64,000 nt of DNA from Eledone cirrhosa (Eukaryota), in assembly GCA_964016885.1 (NCBI GenBank), contig OZ024743.1, forward strand, positions 27,466,001-27,530,000, in the 5' to 3' direction. Below, piece after piece: positions 1 to 12,823 of this stretch. Every line of letters begins with the position of its first letter. The stretch's first letter is position 1. A program made the position numbers and the translations under genes. The notes below the pieces were generated by a model. The model was not told the DNA's origin. It was given only the letters and a program-made list of their open reading frames with translations, and ran no database searches.

Positions 1-63
1 CGAGCTTTGGCCTACTTAGATTCATTGTTATTAATGGAGATCCAATAGACCCCTCACACACAA

Positions 64-67
64 TATA

Positions 68-153
<86 letters not shown>
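64..153. repeat. (TA)n microsatellite
   Basis: Near-perfect TA dinucleotide run; source of the spurious YIYI ORF. Confidence 0.95.
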
Positions 154-156
<3 letters not shown>

Positions 157-194
157 ATAAGTACCAATCAGTACGAAACAGTGCTCTGTCAGCT
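154..194 (+). ncRNA. Type I hammerhead ribozyme, family A, 5' strand of stem I lost
   Basis: TTGATAA GTAC caatca GTAC GAAA CAG tgct CTG TC | AGCT. Confidence 0.6.
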
Positions 195-502
195 TTATCT
201 CCCTTATTTGCTGAAAATTTAAAGTAAGTGAGACTGTCACTACTCTAAAACAATACTGTAAGGTCTTCGAAATGCTTTTAATTAAGCATACAGTTTGCAA
301 AATACACTATATATACATTCATGTATATATATATCGCTATTTGAGATCACTAATTCTAATTTTATATATATATGAATGTATATACAGTGTATTTTGCAAT
401 ACACTGTATGCTTAATTAAAAGCATTTCGAAGACCTTACGCTATTGTTTTAGAGTAGTGACAGTCTCGCTTGCTTTAAATTTTCAGCAAACAGGGAAGAT
501 AA

Positions 503-547
503 AGCTGACATAGTTCTGTTTCGTACTTTTTGGTACTTATCAAAGCT
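503..547 (-). ncRNA. Type I hammerhead ribozyme, family A (UUGAUAA core)
   Basis: Minus strand: AGCT TTGATAA GTAC caaaaa GTAC GAAA cagaactatg TC | AGCT. Confidence 0.7.
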
Positions 548-866
548 AAGTACTCCACCTGTTTGCTGAAAATCATGAATGTTTGATTCTTATAGAATTC
601 TAGTAATAATCAGGAAGTGATTTTACAGAGCGGTTGCCGGTCAAGCAGAAATTGAAAATTAGAATTGGTGCTCTGAAATAGCGATATATATATGAATGTA
701 TATATAGTGTATTTTGCAATACATTGTATGCTTAATTAAAAGCATTTCGAAGACCTTTTCAATTTCTGCTTGACCGGAAACCGCTCTGTATAATCAGGTC
801 CTGATTATTACTAGAATTCTATAAGAATCAAACATTCGTGATTTTCAGCAGACAGGTGGAGTACTT

Positions 867-912
867 AGCTTTGATAAGTAGCAAAAAAGTACGAAACAGA
901 GCTCTGTCAGCT
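867..912 (+). ncRNA. Type I hammerhead ribozyme, family A (UUGAUAA core)
   Basis: Stem I AGCT/AGCT, core TTGATAA, stem II GTA..TAC, GAAA, palindromic stem III ACAGAGCTCTGT, GUC cleavage triplet. Confidence 0.75.
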
Positions 913-1037
913 TTATTACCCCTGTTTGCAGAAAATGTAAAGTAAGTGAGACTGTCACTACTCTAAATCAATAGCGTAAAGTCTTCGAAATGCTTTTAAT
1001 TAAGCATACAGTGTATTGCAAAATACACTATATGTAC

Positions 1038-1070
<33 letters not shown>

Positions 1071-1071
<1 letters not shown>

Positions 1072-1242
1072 CGAAGGAAATGTGGTAAGGAACCAGGTGG
1101 ACCATAACGCACCAAAGTACTCAATACTTAGGGTAGTAGAGTTGGTAATAGGAACAAGTAAGACCCCGACGGTTGAGCTCAAGCCGTATCAACGGCTAGC
1201 CGTCGAAACGGCTTGAGCTCAGCCGTCGGGGTCTTACTTGTT

Positions 1243-1245
<3 letters not shown>
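1071..1245 (-). mobile_element. PLE terminal fragment (family G) with a ~95-bp fold-back (1148-1245) carrying the 3' half of a hammerhead
   Basis: Matches 47069-47200. The inverted arms contain GAAACGGCTTGAGCTCAGCCGTC|GGGG. Flanked by (TA)n. Another fragment lies at ~21944-21994. Confidence 0.75.
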
Positions 1246-1282
<37 letters not shown>

Positions 1283-1445
1283 TTGGCGTAGACATTACAA
1301 TACAACGGGAGGAAATTTAATAGTACCACTGAATATTTCACAGATGTGTGACGAACGAAAGAACTTTGATAGACTATATATATATATCTGTATTTTTAAC
1401 CGTTGGTCAATCAATGATAAACATTGATTGCCAGATAAATCATTA

Positions 1446-2313
1446 TCTATAAAAGGCAGATTGTTGTTGTTGTGTGTGTGTGTGTGCATGTTCCATGTTT
1501 GTACATTTGCACAATTTCAAACCGATTCGACTCAACAACTGTAAGAATGTTGTAAATGGTCTAACTTAGGTAAACGACTATTTATTTCATCACACACACC
1601 CACAATTACGGAAATAATCGATAAAACTAAATACATGACGCTTTACCCCTCTAATGGAATCTGAATACCTCTCTCTACTCCCCTTAAACTTTAAGAGAGA
1701 GAGAGTGAGAGGGAGAGAGAGAACGTTTGTTTTTGAGTGTGGAACGGTCAAATATTTATTTACTTCAATGACAAAGAGAACTTATTACATTTCATACGAA
1801 ACAACAATTATTCAAAAGCAACAGATAAATTTATTCAACAACAAAAAAAATAGCGATAAATCTTTTTTAAAACATCTATCAACGAACGTGGAAGAAAGAA
1901 GTATCAGATCATTTACTATACACAATAATATCCTCTATGAGATCACTAAACCTGCTAGAAACAGCAGCTAACTCTCCCCCATATCACACCCCTCCCTACT
2001 GTCTTAAATTTAGAAAATACACAGACAACCATGCAGAACAACTCCATCGCAGCTCTGTTGTTCGGCTGGCATCGTCTACGCGCGTGTTGCGCAAGTACTG
2101 TGAAACAAAAAATTTCAACACTTCTTTGCACAGAGATAATATCCATAGGCGAAACTACAATTGTCACTGCTGGCGCAGCTCCTGCTTCGGCAGTCCAGGT
2201 CTGCATTCATTCACCCAGAGCCTGGCAGACAAAAAAGTGCTGCCATAAAATGGGTGGTGCAACCTAACTTTGGTAACTTACTGACCCCGAGCAACGCCGG
2301 GCTTTAATGCTAG
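1446..2313 (+). mobile_element. Non-autonomous Helitron-like element
   Basis: 5' A|TCTATAAAAGGCAG followed by a (GT)-rich tract; 3' hairpin CCCG-AGCAACGC-CGGG (2286-2301) then CTAG|T; insertion between A and T. The 5' boundary is less certain. Confidence 0.6.
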
Positions 2314-2469
2314 TTAACTATAAAGATATAAAAGATACAGAAACGAAAACCAATCCAAACCAAACAGTGAGTGTGTTTTATTATTATTTATGGCAATATT
2401 ATAATAATATGACCCTCCCCAGATATAACAATGTTTCAACACACGATTTCATATCAAAAACCTTGCAAA

Positions 2470-2506
<37 letters not shown>

Positions 2507-2569
2507 CAAAAGGCGGTGCCCCAGCATGGCCTCAGCCGGATGGCTGGAACAGGTAAAAGAGTAAAAGAG

Positions 2570-2648
<79 letters not shown>

Positions 2649-2670
2649 GTGTGTGTGTAAGAGAGAGTAG

Positions 2671-2838
2671 AGAGTCGGGGCCCAATGCCTGAGCTCTTGG
2701 TATTTCGAAAGCAAATATGCTGTTGAAACCGCAAGAGCTCAGACGTCGGGCCCAGACTCTTGACACGCTACTATCCCAAAGATCGAGTAATCTGCCGAAT
2801 AACGGTTTTATTGCTTTAAAACTGGTATAATCCTGATA
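2671..2838 (+). mobile_element. PLE-terminal fragment with an imperfect ~90-bp fold-back made of hammerhead 3' halves
   Basis: Arms 2671-2710 and 2724-2760 both read GAAA..AAGAGCTCAG..GGGCCC, resembling family G stem III. Ends in (TC)n. Confidence 0.5.
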
Positions 2839-2944
2839 TCTCTCTCTCTCTCTTCACTCTCTCTCTCCCTCTCTCTCTCTCTTTCTCCCTTTCTCTCTTT
2901 CTCTCTCTCGATGTATGTATATATATATATATATATATATATAG

Positions 2945-3050
2945 GAAGAGCTTATGCCCGAAACGTCGTTCCCCACCCCCCACCCCCACTCTCAAGAGCG
3001 TGAAACTAATAAACCTTTGTTTGTACTGCCTCTCTGTTTTCGTTTCACTA
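2945..3050 (+). mobile_element. Degenerate hammerhead and PLE-like terminus (family K; related copy at 45411-45520)
   Basis: GAAGAG cttat GCCC GAAA CG TC followed by GAGCGTGAAACTAATAAA; the 45.4-kb copy has AAGCGTTAAACTAATAAA. Confidence 0.45.
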
Positions 3051-3309
3051 TATATATATATAAGCTATCGCCGTATTTTGACTAAAGAAATTAAAGAAAT
3101 TATTGACGTCAATACTCATCTTTTCCCATTTCTCCGAGGGTTCTTAACCCCACTGTCAGGCTAAATAATTTCTTTAATTTCTTTATTCAAAATACGGCGA
3201 TAGCTTACATTTATAATAATTTCAAACCCGCTCGCTGTTTCGAAAATATTCGAAAATATTCGAAAATATTCGAAAATATACGAAAATATTCTTAAAATAT
3301 ATATATATG

Positions 3310-3775
3310 TAGTAATGTTGCTTGGATATATAGGCGGTATGCCGGTTGAGCACTCAATGCTCCTTCGGAATCGAAGAATCAGTGATGCATCGGAACACAA
3401 TTTATTACGTGTTACAATTGTTTGTCCGGCGAACAGCTAGAGGTGCGATCTGTCTGTGGATCGAACCCGACTCTGGAATCACAAGTTCTTCAGATATGTC
3501 TAGTGATTTCGAACCAAATCCTCTTTCTGCTGGACTCCGACCCTTCGAATTTCTATCATTTGACATCATCCTGTTTAGCAGATGATAGAAATTCGAAGGG
3601 TCGGAGTCCAGCAGAAATATGATTTGCTTCGAAATCACTAGACGTATCTGAGGAACTTGTGAATCCAGAGTCAGGTTCGATCGACAGACAGATCGCACCT
3701 CGAGCTGTTCGCCGGAGAAACAATTGTAATACGTAATAAATTGTGTTCCGATGCATCACCGATTCTTCGTTTTCC
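3310..3775. mobile_element. PLE-terminal inverted repeat (family C), arms ~3372-3559 and ~3582-3769
   Basis: ~188-bp inverted arms with a ~22-bp spacer, flanked by (TA)n. A second small inverted pair lies at 3061-3104 and 3164-3207. Confidence 0.75.
3642..3734 (+). ncRNA. Type I hammerhead-like motif with a ~60-nt helix II domain (family C)
   Basis: Stem I ACGTAT/ATACGT, CTGAGGA, long insert, GAAA, palindromic CAATTG, GUA. The opposite arm (3407-3499, -) has CTGAAGA but GAAA changed to CAAA. Confidence 0.55.
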
Positions 3776-3812
<37 letters not shown>

Positions 3813-3817
<5 letters not shown>

Positions 3818-4385
3818 TGTATGGATATTCCAACAGGCACTAGGTACCTATAGAAATATGCAAGGTGTTTATATTAGTTGTGGTTTGATGGTACTAATTT
3901 GAGATACCAGAACTATAAAAATGAGCGGAGCAAGTAATTATCAAACAATCTTTCTAATAAATTAAAAAACGATTTAAATATTCACCTGTTCTATTGCTGT
4001 TACCGACGGTTTCACCAATCCAAAGATTGGAAATGCAGAGAATTTCCAATGGAAAGAATTAGATCTTCAGACAGCTTATTTCCATACCATAAGGGTGCAA
4101 ATCTCATAGTAAGTCAATATTTCGCTTCCTGCCCAACGCATGCGGTCAAGCCGTTAAAGTGACACACACGCAAAATTAGGCCACAAGTAAAAGCTGTTTA
4201 TTATAAGCTTGTTGATCATGCCACTAAAAATAGCAGCGCGATACAACGTTTTGTTCTCTACATAAGGAAACATCATAAAAGGGTATGGATATTCCAACAG
4301 GCACTAGGAACCTATAGAAATATGTGAATATTTAGATCGTTTTTTAATTTATTTGAAAGATTGTTTGATAATTACTTGCTTCGCT

Positions 4386-4392
<7 letters not shown>
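3813..4392 (-). mobile_element. PLE pseudo-LTR or retrozyme-like unit (family B), ~465-nt period plus an inverted piece
   Basis: Direct repeat 3813-3860 and 4278-4324; inverted repeat 3917-3985 and 4324-4392; flanked by (TA)n; contains an HHR. Confidence 0.7.
3996..4075 (-). ncRNA. Type I hammerhead ribozyme, canonical core, extended helix II (family B)
   Basis: Minus: GCTGT CTGAAGA tctaattc..ATTGGAAAT tctctgc ATTTCCAAT..ggattggt GAAA CCGTCGG TA | ACAGC. Confidence 0.8.
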
Positions 4393-5820
<1,428 letters not shown>

Positions 5821-6286
5821 AATACCTACATAATTATATGTGACCTGATATTGTAAATTTACACCTAATACTGGAGTACTTATAGCACACTTCAAGATAA
5901 GTTCATTTAGGAATATTTTGAATAACAACACAGGAGTTACTGTGATAATAAAAGAAAAAATCAAATGTCACAGCTAAATCCACATTCTCCCATTCAATAC
6001 ATTATATACTGAAACATAATAAATATCAACAAGTATGTTAATAAATACATACGTAACGTAGTCGTATATAAATAAATACATACGTAACGTAGTCGTTAAG
6101 TAAAAAACATCTAAAAGGAATATGCATCAGCTTGTGTACAGATGGTAACAGCTTTTAAACTCACCGAATAGAATAATCTTACATGCTCTATGAACTCACG
6201 TAAGACGCATTCACTAAAGACATATTGACAAAAGACATTGACAAACCATACTAACAATGACAATAGGATAAAGATAAAAAGAAGTA

Positions 6287-6610
6287 AAGACCCCTTCTGT
6301 CACGAATGACCATGGGATTTGCACCAAGAAAGTTTCCTCCGACGCACAATCTGGGCAAAGTTGTTTGTGGAAGACGAGCAGTCGCCCATGCATACCAGTC
6401 TCCCCTCTCCACGTCACCGATGTTGTCCAAGGCAAAGACAATGACCGATACAGTTTGGCACCAGTGACCTCGCAACTCATTTCTACAGATGAATAAACTG
6501 GAACAACGTGAAATAACGTGTCTTGCTCAAGGACACAGCACATATCCCGGTCCGAGAATGGAACTCATAACCTTCTAATTGTAAGCCCAATGCTCCAACC
6601 ACTAAGCCAG
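6287..6610 (-). mobile_element. tRNA-derived CORE-type SINE (resembles octopus OR-family SINEs)
   Basis: Minus strand: A-box TGGCTTAGTGGTT, B-box-like GAGTTCCATTC, CORE-like GTGTCCTTGAGCAAGACAC, distinct 3' tail. Confidence 0.7.
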
Positions 6611-7375
6611 GAGATAGGAGCGTGCCAAAGTAAACTGATCACGATATCGTAACAGAAGTGTAGTTACTTGGGTGTTAATTAGTGAAGATCATGAAGGTGA
6701 GCACAGATGATAGTTAACAATTTTGAGGTAATGATATTGTCAAACTAATGTTAGGAGTCATGTTAGGAGTTAAACTTATACAAACCGTATTATTAACTTT
6801 TAAGTGAAATAAATCTGGAATTTTCCCCGTAATTTTAGCTATATAGATAGCTAAACCAATATAATGCATTAACTGCAAATTCGGGAAAAGCATACACTGT
6901 CCAACCCTTTTACATTATACTACACCCAGCTTACTGCCAGGTTCCGAAATTCTAATAGAATGATGGCGTATTGCTTTCCAGCCACAGTTACCAATTGGAT
7001 AGTTTGAACCTAAAATAGAATATACTCTTACGACAACGTTATTCTGGAAAACAAAAACAACACAACATTGTACTATAGCAGTACATATATTACATTCTTT
7101 ACAAATTATTCGCAACTCAACAGAAATTCAGAAAGAATAGCTTCTTGTCATCTCAACATAAAAATACATTCGACCCAACTCATAAAACAGGGCTGAATTT
7201 CTTATATTTTTAAGATAATGTTGACACAACTAACTCAGTGTTGGCCTGAATTCTTTTAACCTAAAATCTACATTTATTATGATAACATGATCTATTCAGT
7301 TCGACACGCTCCTCCATTTATTATAATTTCCAATATTAATTATTTATCTCCTGCTTATGTCAATGTTTCTATAAG

Positions 7376-7612
7376 TGAAGGTCTGTGGCTGATTGGTTAG
7401 AGAACTGGATTCGCAATCGTGAGGTTGTCAGTTCGATTTCTAGTCCAGGCGATGCGTTATGTCCTTGAGCAAGACACTTTATTTCACGTTGCTCCTCTAC
7501 CTGGAGTTGCGACTGGTAGATAGTATTAGCAATTGGAAAGACCCACGGAAACATTGTTTCCTCGGTCTGATTTGACGAAAGTCGATCGGCAAAATTGTTT
7601 CTATAATTCGTA
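7376..7612 (+). mobile_element. tRNA-derived CORE-type SINE with an alternative 3' tail
   Basis: TGGCTGATTGGTT..GTTCGATT..TGTCCTTGAGCAAGACACTT. Same family as 53405-53611 (-) and 10272-10390 (-). Ends at (AG)n. Confidence 0.7.
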
Positions 7613-7655
<43 letters not shown>

Positions 7656-8714
7656 CAGAGTGAGAAAGAGGAGTCTCATATCGAGTGAGCACATTCGAAG
7701 GTACCTGGAAGAATGTTGCAGCGAAAGAGTAAATTATATTTTAGATATGAAAGAGGGGAGATGAGCAGTTAGAGGGTTAAAGACAAAAAGTGAAAGTTGC
7801 AGAGGTTAGACCGTTCAAATGGCGAAACATAGAAAGATGACACCACAATTACGGTGAGTATGCATGAAGAAAGAGTGCCGAGGTTATATATGGGTTACTG
7901 AGATCAACAACTTTCGGCATTGACTATTAATTCAATTTAACCCCATGCAACGGAATACTGGCACCTTTCCTGTAGTCTGGAAATGCCATCCGAAATATTG
8001 CTGCGTATTCAACACATTGCGAGAAGAGGGTTGGCTGTTTTAGTGGGTGTAGTGTAATGAGAGGGAATAGTTATAACCTAAAATCTACTCAGACGAAAGA
8101 CACTCTAGTTCTAGTAATTTCCTATATATATTATTTAACATGTTTCTCTTATCAATATGTTTTGTCAATACGACTTTCCTCAATATATTTTATAAGAAAT
8201 TGAATAGAGATGTACCACTATTACATTTGACATGTGTTTAACAGCCGATAGCGTATGTAAGATCAATATCCGATCTGATGTTTATTCCTGCTAGACATTT
8301 GGTAAAACATACTCAATATACACTTATGTATCTAGTAATATATTTCTTAATATTTAATAATCTTTCAGTATGTAGTATATTTAGTGAGTAGGTGTGGTGC
8401 TAGGGGAGATATTTGTTTTAGATTAGACCCTGTTACTTCTATCCTGCATATCAAAATAATTCTACATGTAGTCTTTTTAAGCAATAATATAAGACATACA
8501 GTATATTGTACTGAGATTAATTTGTAATTAGTATCTGTATATACAAATATATATGAACTCACTTAAGACGTATTCACTAAAGACATATGCATCGATGTTT
8601 TTCTAGCTTGTAAGCAACACACACATGCGCACACACACACACACGCACACATACACACACACATACACACATACACACACACACATACATATATAAAAAA
8701 ATAAATATATATGT

Positions 8715-8975
8715 ATCTCTATTCTTCCGAAAATGCTCTTTCGTCACACCAATCTGTGACCTCCTCAATGACAATGGATTTCTTGTGCTTCTTCTTTATG
8801 ATCTTATATTTTTATTTCATTTTGTCGTTATGTCTTTATATTTCTTTTTATGGTACGTTTTTCATGTTTTGTGTTTGCGCATGCGTTTGTGTCTGCGCTT
8901 TCTTCTGTGTGGGTGTATGTGTTTTTTGTTTCTCATGTCTATGTGTGTTTAAGTGTGTGTTTTAAGTGTGTGTTG
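8715..8975 (-). mobile_element. Diverged relative of the PLE family D pseudo-LTR with a degenerate HHR (8735-8775)
   Basis: Minus: TGTCA TTGAGGA G GTCACA..TGTGAC GAAA GAGC; TGCGCATGCG is shared with family D. Confidence 0.55.
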
Positions 8976-9017
8976 TGTCTTTTTTTTCTTCTCTCTCTTT
9001 TCTTATTCCTTATTCAG

Positions 9018-9083
9018 TCGTTATCGATGATGGCCTCTGCGGGATTTCAACTCAGAATGCAGAGAGTCAGACTGAAAACCACA
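9018..9083 (+). CDS. Candidate 66-nt internal exon of an unidentified host gene
   Basis: Polypyrimidine tract + TTCAG| acceptor and ACA|GTAAGT donor. Length is a multiple of 3. Open in phase 1 (VIDDGLCGISTQNAESQTENH) and in phase 0. Confidence 0.4.
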
Positions 9084-9459
9084 GTAAGTCATGGTCCAAA
9101 GGATCCTAACTGTGTAATGTGCTCCTCCAAAATATTAGAAAGTTGTATGAAATACCATAGCTAGGGGGTTATTCACATTCAGTGGCTCTTTTAGGGGTGG
9201 GCAGTGTTTTTGGTCTACTACATTGTGCTTTTCATGAAGGATGAAAGTCATCATCACCGTCATCACCATCACCATCATCATTTAATGTTAGCTTTCCCAT
9301 ACTTTTCATTTACAAACCAAGCCAGTACTTATAGAGCTACTAACCATCATTACCATTTACATTACATCTATTATATAGTCTGACATATATATATATATAT
9401 AAAATAAACATAAAACAATCACAAGGATGAAAATCAAACTTCCAAGTTGTTGTCTTCCT

Positions 9460-10085
9460 GTTTCTTCTACAACTACAACGGTACGAGATGGGGCCCACCC
9501 ACAGCCCCGGCGGACAGAATGGAGAAGGCGTTTCCCCGGGAGACGTCGAGGGAGACGCGCTGGAAAAGCCACGCCAACTCACGGAGCTCACACCTTCGGC
9601 TGGCTAGCTCAGCGCCTATGGTGGTGAGAAAGGAGGTAGCCCTGGGGCCGAGGACACCAGAAGTCTCCACTGCTAGGGGTACGACCGCAAACCTGTCGGA
9701 GAGCGACCAGTATTTGAGGAGTTTGGCCCCCTCAGACCGACGTGAAGCAGAACCTGGGTCAGTCACAGACTGCACCAGGTTGCCGCTGCAGAAAGTGTCG
9801 GTGCAAGTGGCATGTCAGCCGAGGGGTTTTCCACCGCAGAACGGGAAGATGGTCATGACATCTGGCCTTTTGCCGTCCCCTCGATCCAGCCCCACCGGCT
9901 CGAAGGGAAGGGAAGCCTGCAGCGTCCAAGCCATGCTTTATGACCTCGTTGAGGGCAGCATGGCGTGGAATGCAACCGGCACTGTGGCGACAGGAAAGCG
10001 GGTGGAGGCCGAAAGCTTCTATGGTGGAACCGCAGCGACATTGGTGTGGCTGGCAGATCCGGAGGCCGAGCCTCAGGGAAACACC
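9460..10085 (-). mobile_element. 3' fragment of a CRE-like non-LTR retrotransposon (CCHC knuckle + restriction-like endonuclease), disrupted
   Basis: Minus translation: [65 protein letters not shown], with a frameshift and a stop. GC-rich. Confidence 0.8.
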
Positions 10086-10203
10086 GATGTGTTGTGACGA
10101 AAGAGGTTTGACGGAAGAATAAAGATAAAGTGAAAACTATGTAGTGCGTGTGTTGGATTTGGCAAACTACCAACCCCCATATATATATATATATATGCAT
10201 ATA

Positions 10204-10258
<55 letters not shown>

Positions 10259-10271
10259 ATATATATATATA

Positions 10272-10390
10272 AGGACCGACAGACCTTCGTCAAATCGGAC
10301 CGAGGATACAATGTTTCCATTAGTCTTTCCAATTGCTAATACTATCTATCGGTCGCAACTCCAGGTAGAAGGAGCAACGTGAAATAAAGT
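10272..10390 (-). mobile_element. 3' part of the CORE-type SINE seen at 7376-7612
   Basis: Reverse-complement match to 7478-7590. Confidence 0.65.
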
Positions 10391-10423
10391 TCCTATACAC
10401 ATATACATATATATATATATGTG

Positions 10424-10488
<65 letters not shown>

Positions 10489-10575
10489 GTTTATATATAT
10501 ATATACATATGTGTTTATATATATATAAATAAAATAACAGGAGGCTGGACTGGTGTAAATCTTTGAAGAGGTTAT

Positions 10576-10635
10576 TATACTATGATCATTTCAGTCACTG
10601 GGTTCCATATGAATTCGGTGATATCATCAGGTATA
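10576..10635 (-). ncRNA. Type I hammerhead ribozyme (family E)
   Basis: Minus: TATAC CTGATGA taTCAC..GTGAct GAAA TGATCA TA | GTATA; palindromic helix III. Confidence 0.75.
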
Positions 10636-11389
10636 GGAATATAACAAAGGTATATGTAAAAAACATGGGTACGAAAAGTCAGAGACAGAGACAAAGAGGA
10701 CGACTGACCAACTAGCTGCCTTCAGATCGGTCAATAGCTCTGAAAGTGATGGCAACTGAATCTACTAATGACCATCTGGTGACGGGGCGAAGGCTTATAA
10801 TGCACTACCACCTCTCCGTCAAAGAAAAAGGTGAAGAAAGCAAGGAAGAAAGAAGAAAAAAAGGAAGAAAGAAGTCAGCGTAAGGGTCACACTAGATTCA
10901 TGCTAGAAAACGCCGCGAAAAAAATGCTACTCCAAAGAATCTATATTTAACAAAAGCATATATAATGGGTGTCTGTATGGTCTAATGTGTGAACCGAAAA
11001 TTGGAACGTTAAACTTATGTTACGAGTTATAGTATGAAATGAAATTAAATTAAAAAATATTAAATTTAAAAATGATAAATTGAAAAATAAATTATTAGAA
11101 AATTAAAGGTTAAGGTAGCGAGATTTATTTAATGAATTTACAGAGAGTCTTATATGAAAAAATTAATCTCGATAAGATATCAGGATAGGATATAGAGTAA
11201 AGATTTCGATTGTGAGTCCCCCCCCCCCTCCACCATGAGTCAGCCAGTTTCGAGTGGTATCGTCCAGCGAAAGAAATGGAAATTAATTATTCCGAGTACT
11301 CTAGGAACGTAGCTACCTCATGCCCCGGGAGCGCTAGCGGGAAGTCTACAATTTCGACAGGCCATCGTCTATACCAAACGAATATTATT

Positions 11390-11555
11390 AAAGAGTGTCG
11401 GATGCCATGCTTTGGCGCATAGAGTTACGGGCCTTGCCATTCTGAGTTCAAATCCCGCCGAGGTTAACTTTGCCTTTCATCCTTACGGGGTCGATAAAAT
11501 AAAGTACCAGTAATACACTGGGTAATTGCTGGCCTTGTGCCTAACGTAGAAACAA
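11390..11555 (+). mobile_element. tRNA-derived SINE with a Meta-like central domain
   Basis: GAGTTCAAATCCCGCCGAGGTTAACTTTGCCTTTCATCCTTACGGGGTCGATAAAATAAAGTACCAG, repeated about 10 times in the window. Confidence 0.8.
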
Positions 11556-11644
11556 CTAATTCACACATTGGTCAGTCGTCCTCTTTGTCTCTGTCTCTGA
11601 CTTTTCGGACCCATGGATTTTTACATATTCCTTTGTTATATTCC

Positions 11645-11704
11645 AATAACTGATGATATCACTGGATTCATATGGAACCCGGTCATTGAAATGATCATAG
11701 TATA
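11645..11704 (+). ncRNA. Type I hammerhead ribozyme (family E, second arm; stem I partly decayed)
   Basis: CTGATGA tatcactgg..ccggtcatt GAAA TGATCA TA | GTATA. Confidence 0.6.
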
Positions 11705-11897
11705 ATAAACCTTTCAAGGATTTACACCAGTCCAGCCTCCTGTTATTTTATTTATAATTAACTCCGTATTCGCACCACCAACTACCCAAACGAAGACGGG
11801 TTAACTGCACTACGTTGAGTACTCTCCACAATATTACACCAAGATTGACCATAAGGAATGACCAATTCTATCCAGTGGTGAACCAACAAACCTAAAG

Positions 11898-11968
<71 letters not shown>

Positions 11969-12728
11969 CATGTAATTACAAATCTTTGTTTACACATACA
12001 TTCCTTTATTAGACACACACAAATATTATTCTCATTTGCTCTTCCGATTTTGATAAACAGTTTACTTCGGGATATTACATCTCAGCATTTGCAAAATAAT
12101 CTCTGTCCAACATTTATGCTTACTTTTCTCCTTTTTCATTTATTTTCCTCTCTTCCCTATCTTCTCGTTATCTAATTTCCACGATCGAAATGTCGAAATA
12201 TATATTCTCTATAGACTCAAAGCGTCAATTTAAAAATACATTAGTTAGCTGTAGTACTAGCAGGGCGTGATTCAGTTTAGATGTGGAAACATATACGATT
12301 CCTTATATTAAAATACATATACGCAAATCTCGTTTTGTATATTTGAATCTGTGATCATTTCACAATTAACCGCGGTAACCGCGAAGAAAGCCAAATACTA
12401 GAATTTCAGGATCGTAATATAGATCTTGCAAATAATACATTCGGAAAGGTTTATCAGCATACCGTATGGTTTAGATAAGAGATGTATTTGGTACAGTGAT
12501 ACAACTTGTTTATGTATAATGATCATATATAAGTATCATATCTTTCTATACGCCAGTGCCGACTGAGTAAAGATCTCTGATGATAGATAAAGATCCAGAA
12601 ATGCTAATATTTATCCTATCCACCTCTTTATCCAGGCAGCTGTGACATGATGACAGCTTAAAATAAGTACCCTCATCGTGACACATGTATGTATATTACA
12701 CATGCACATATTGTATTTCCGTATCCGC

Positions 12729-12802
<74 letters not shown>

Positions 12803-12823
12803 ATATATATATACACATATATA

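Larger units (their letters stand above)
154..1040. mobile_element. Cluster of a ~330-nt non-coding hammerhead-containing unit (family A; retrozyme-like or PLE pseudo-LTR) in tandem and inverted copies
   Basis: The same unit occurs at 154-360 (+, partial), 361-690 (-, full), 690-755 (-, partial) and 757-1040 (+). It is flanked by (TA)n and has no ORF. Confidence 0.8.
10526..11900. mobile_element. PLE-terminal inverted arrangement (family E), arms ~10526-10711 and ~11568-11756
   Basis: ~185-bp inverted arms, each with an HHR. The right arm extends to (TA)n at 11900. A SINE is inserted in the spacer. Confidence 0.75.

Noticed and set aside
12572-12650. CTGATGA with a GATAAAGA/TCTTTATC stem and a CAGCTG palindrome
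   Set aside because: Probably a fossil hammerhead, but GAAA and the cleavage site are lost; not listed as a feature.
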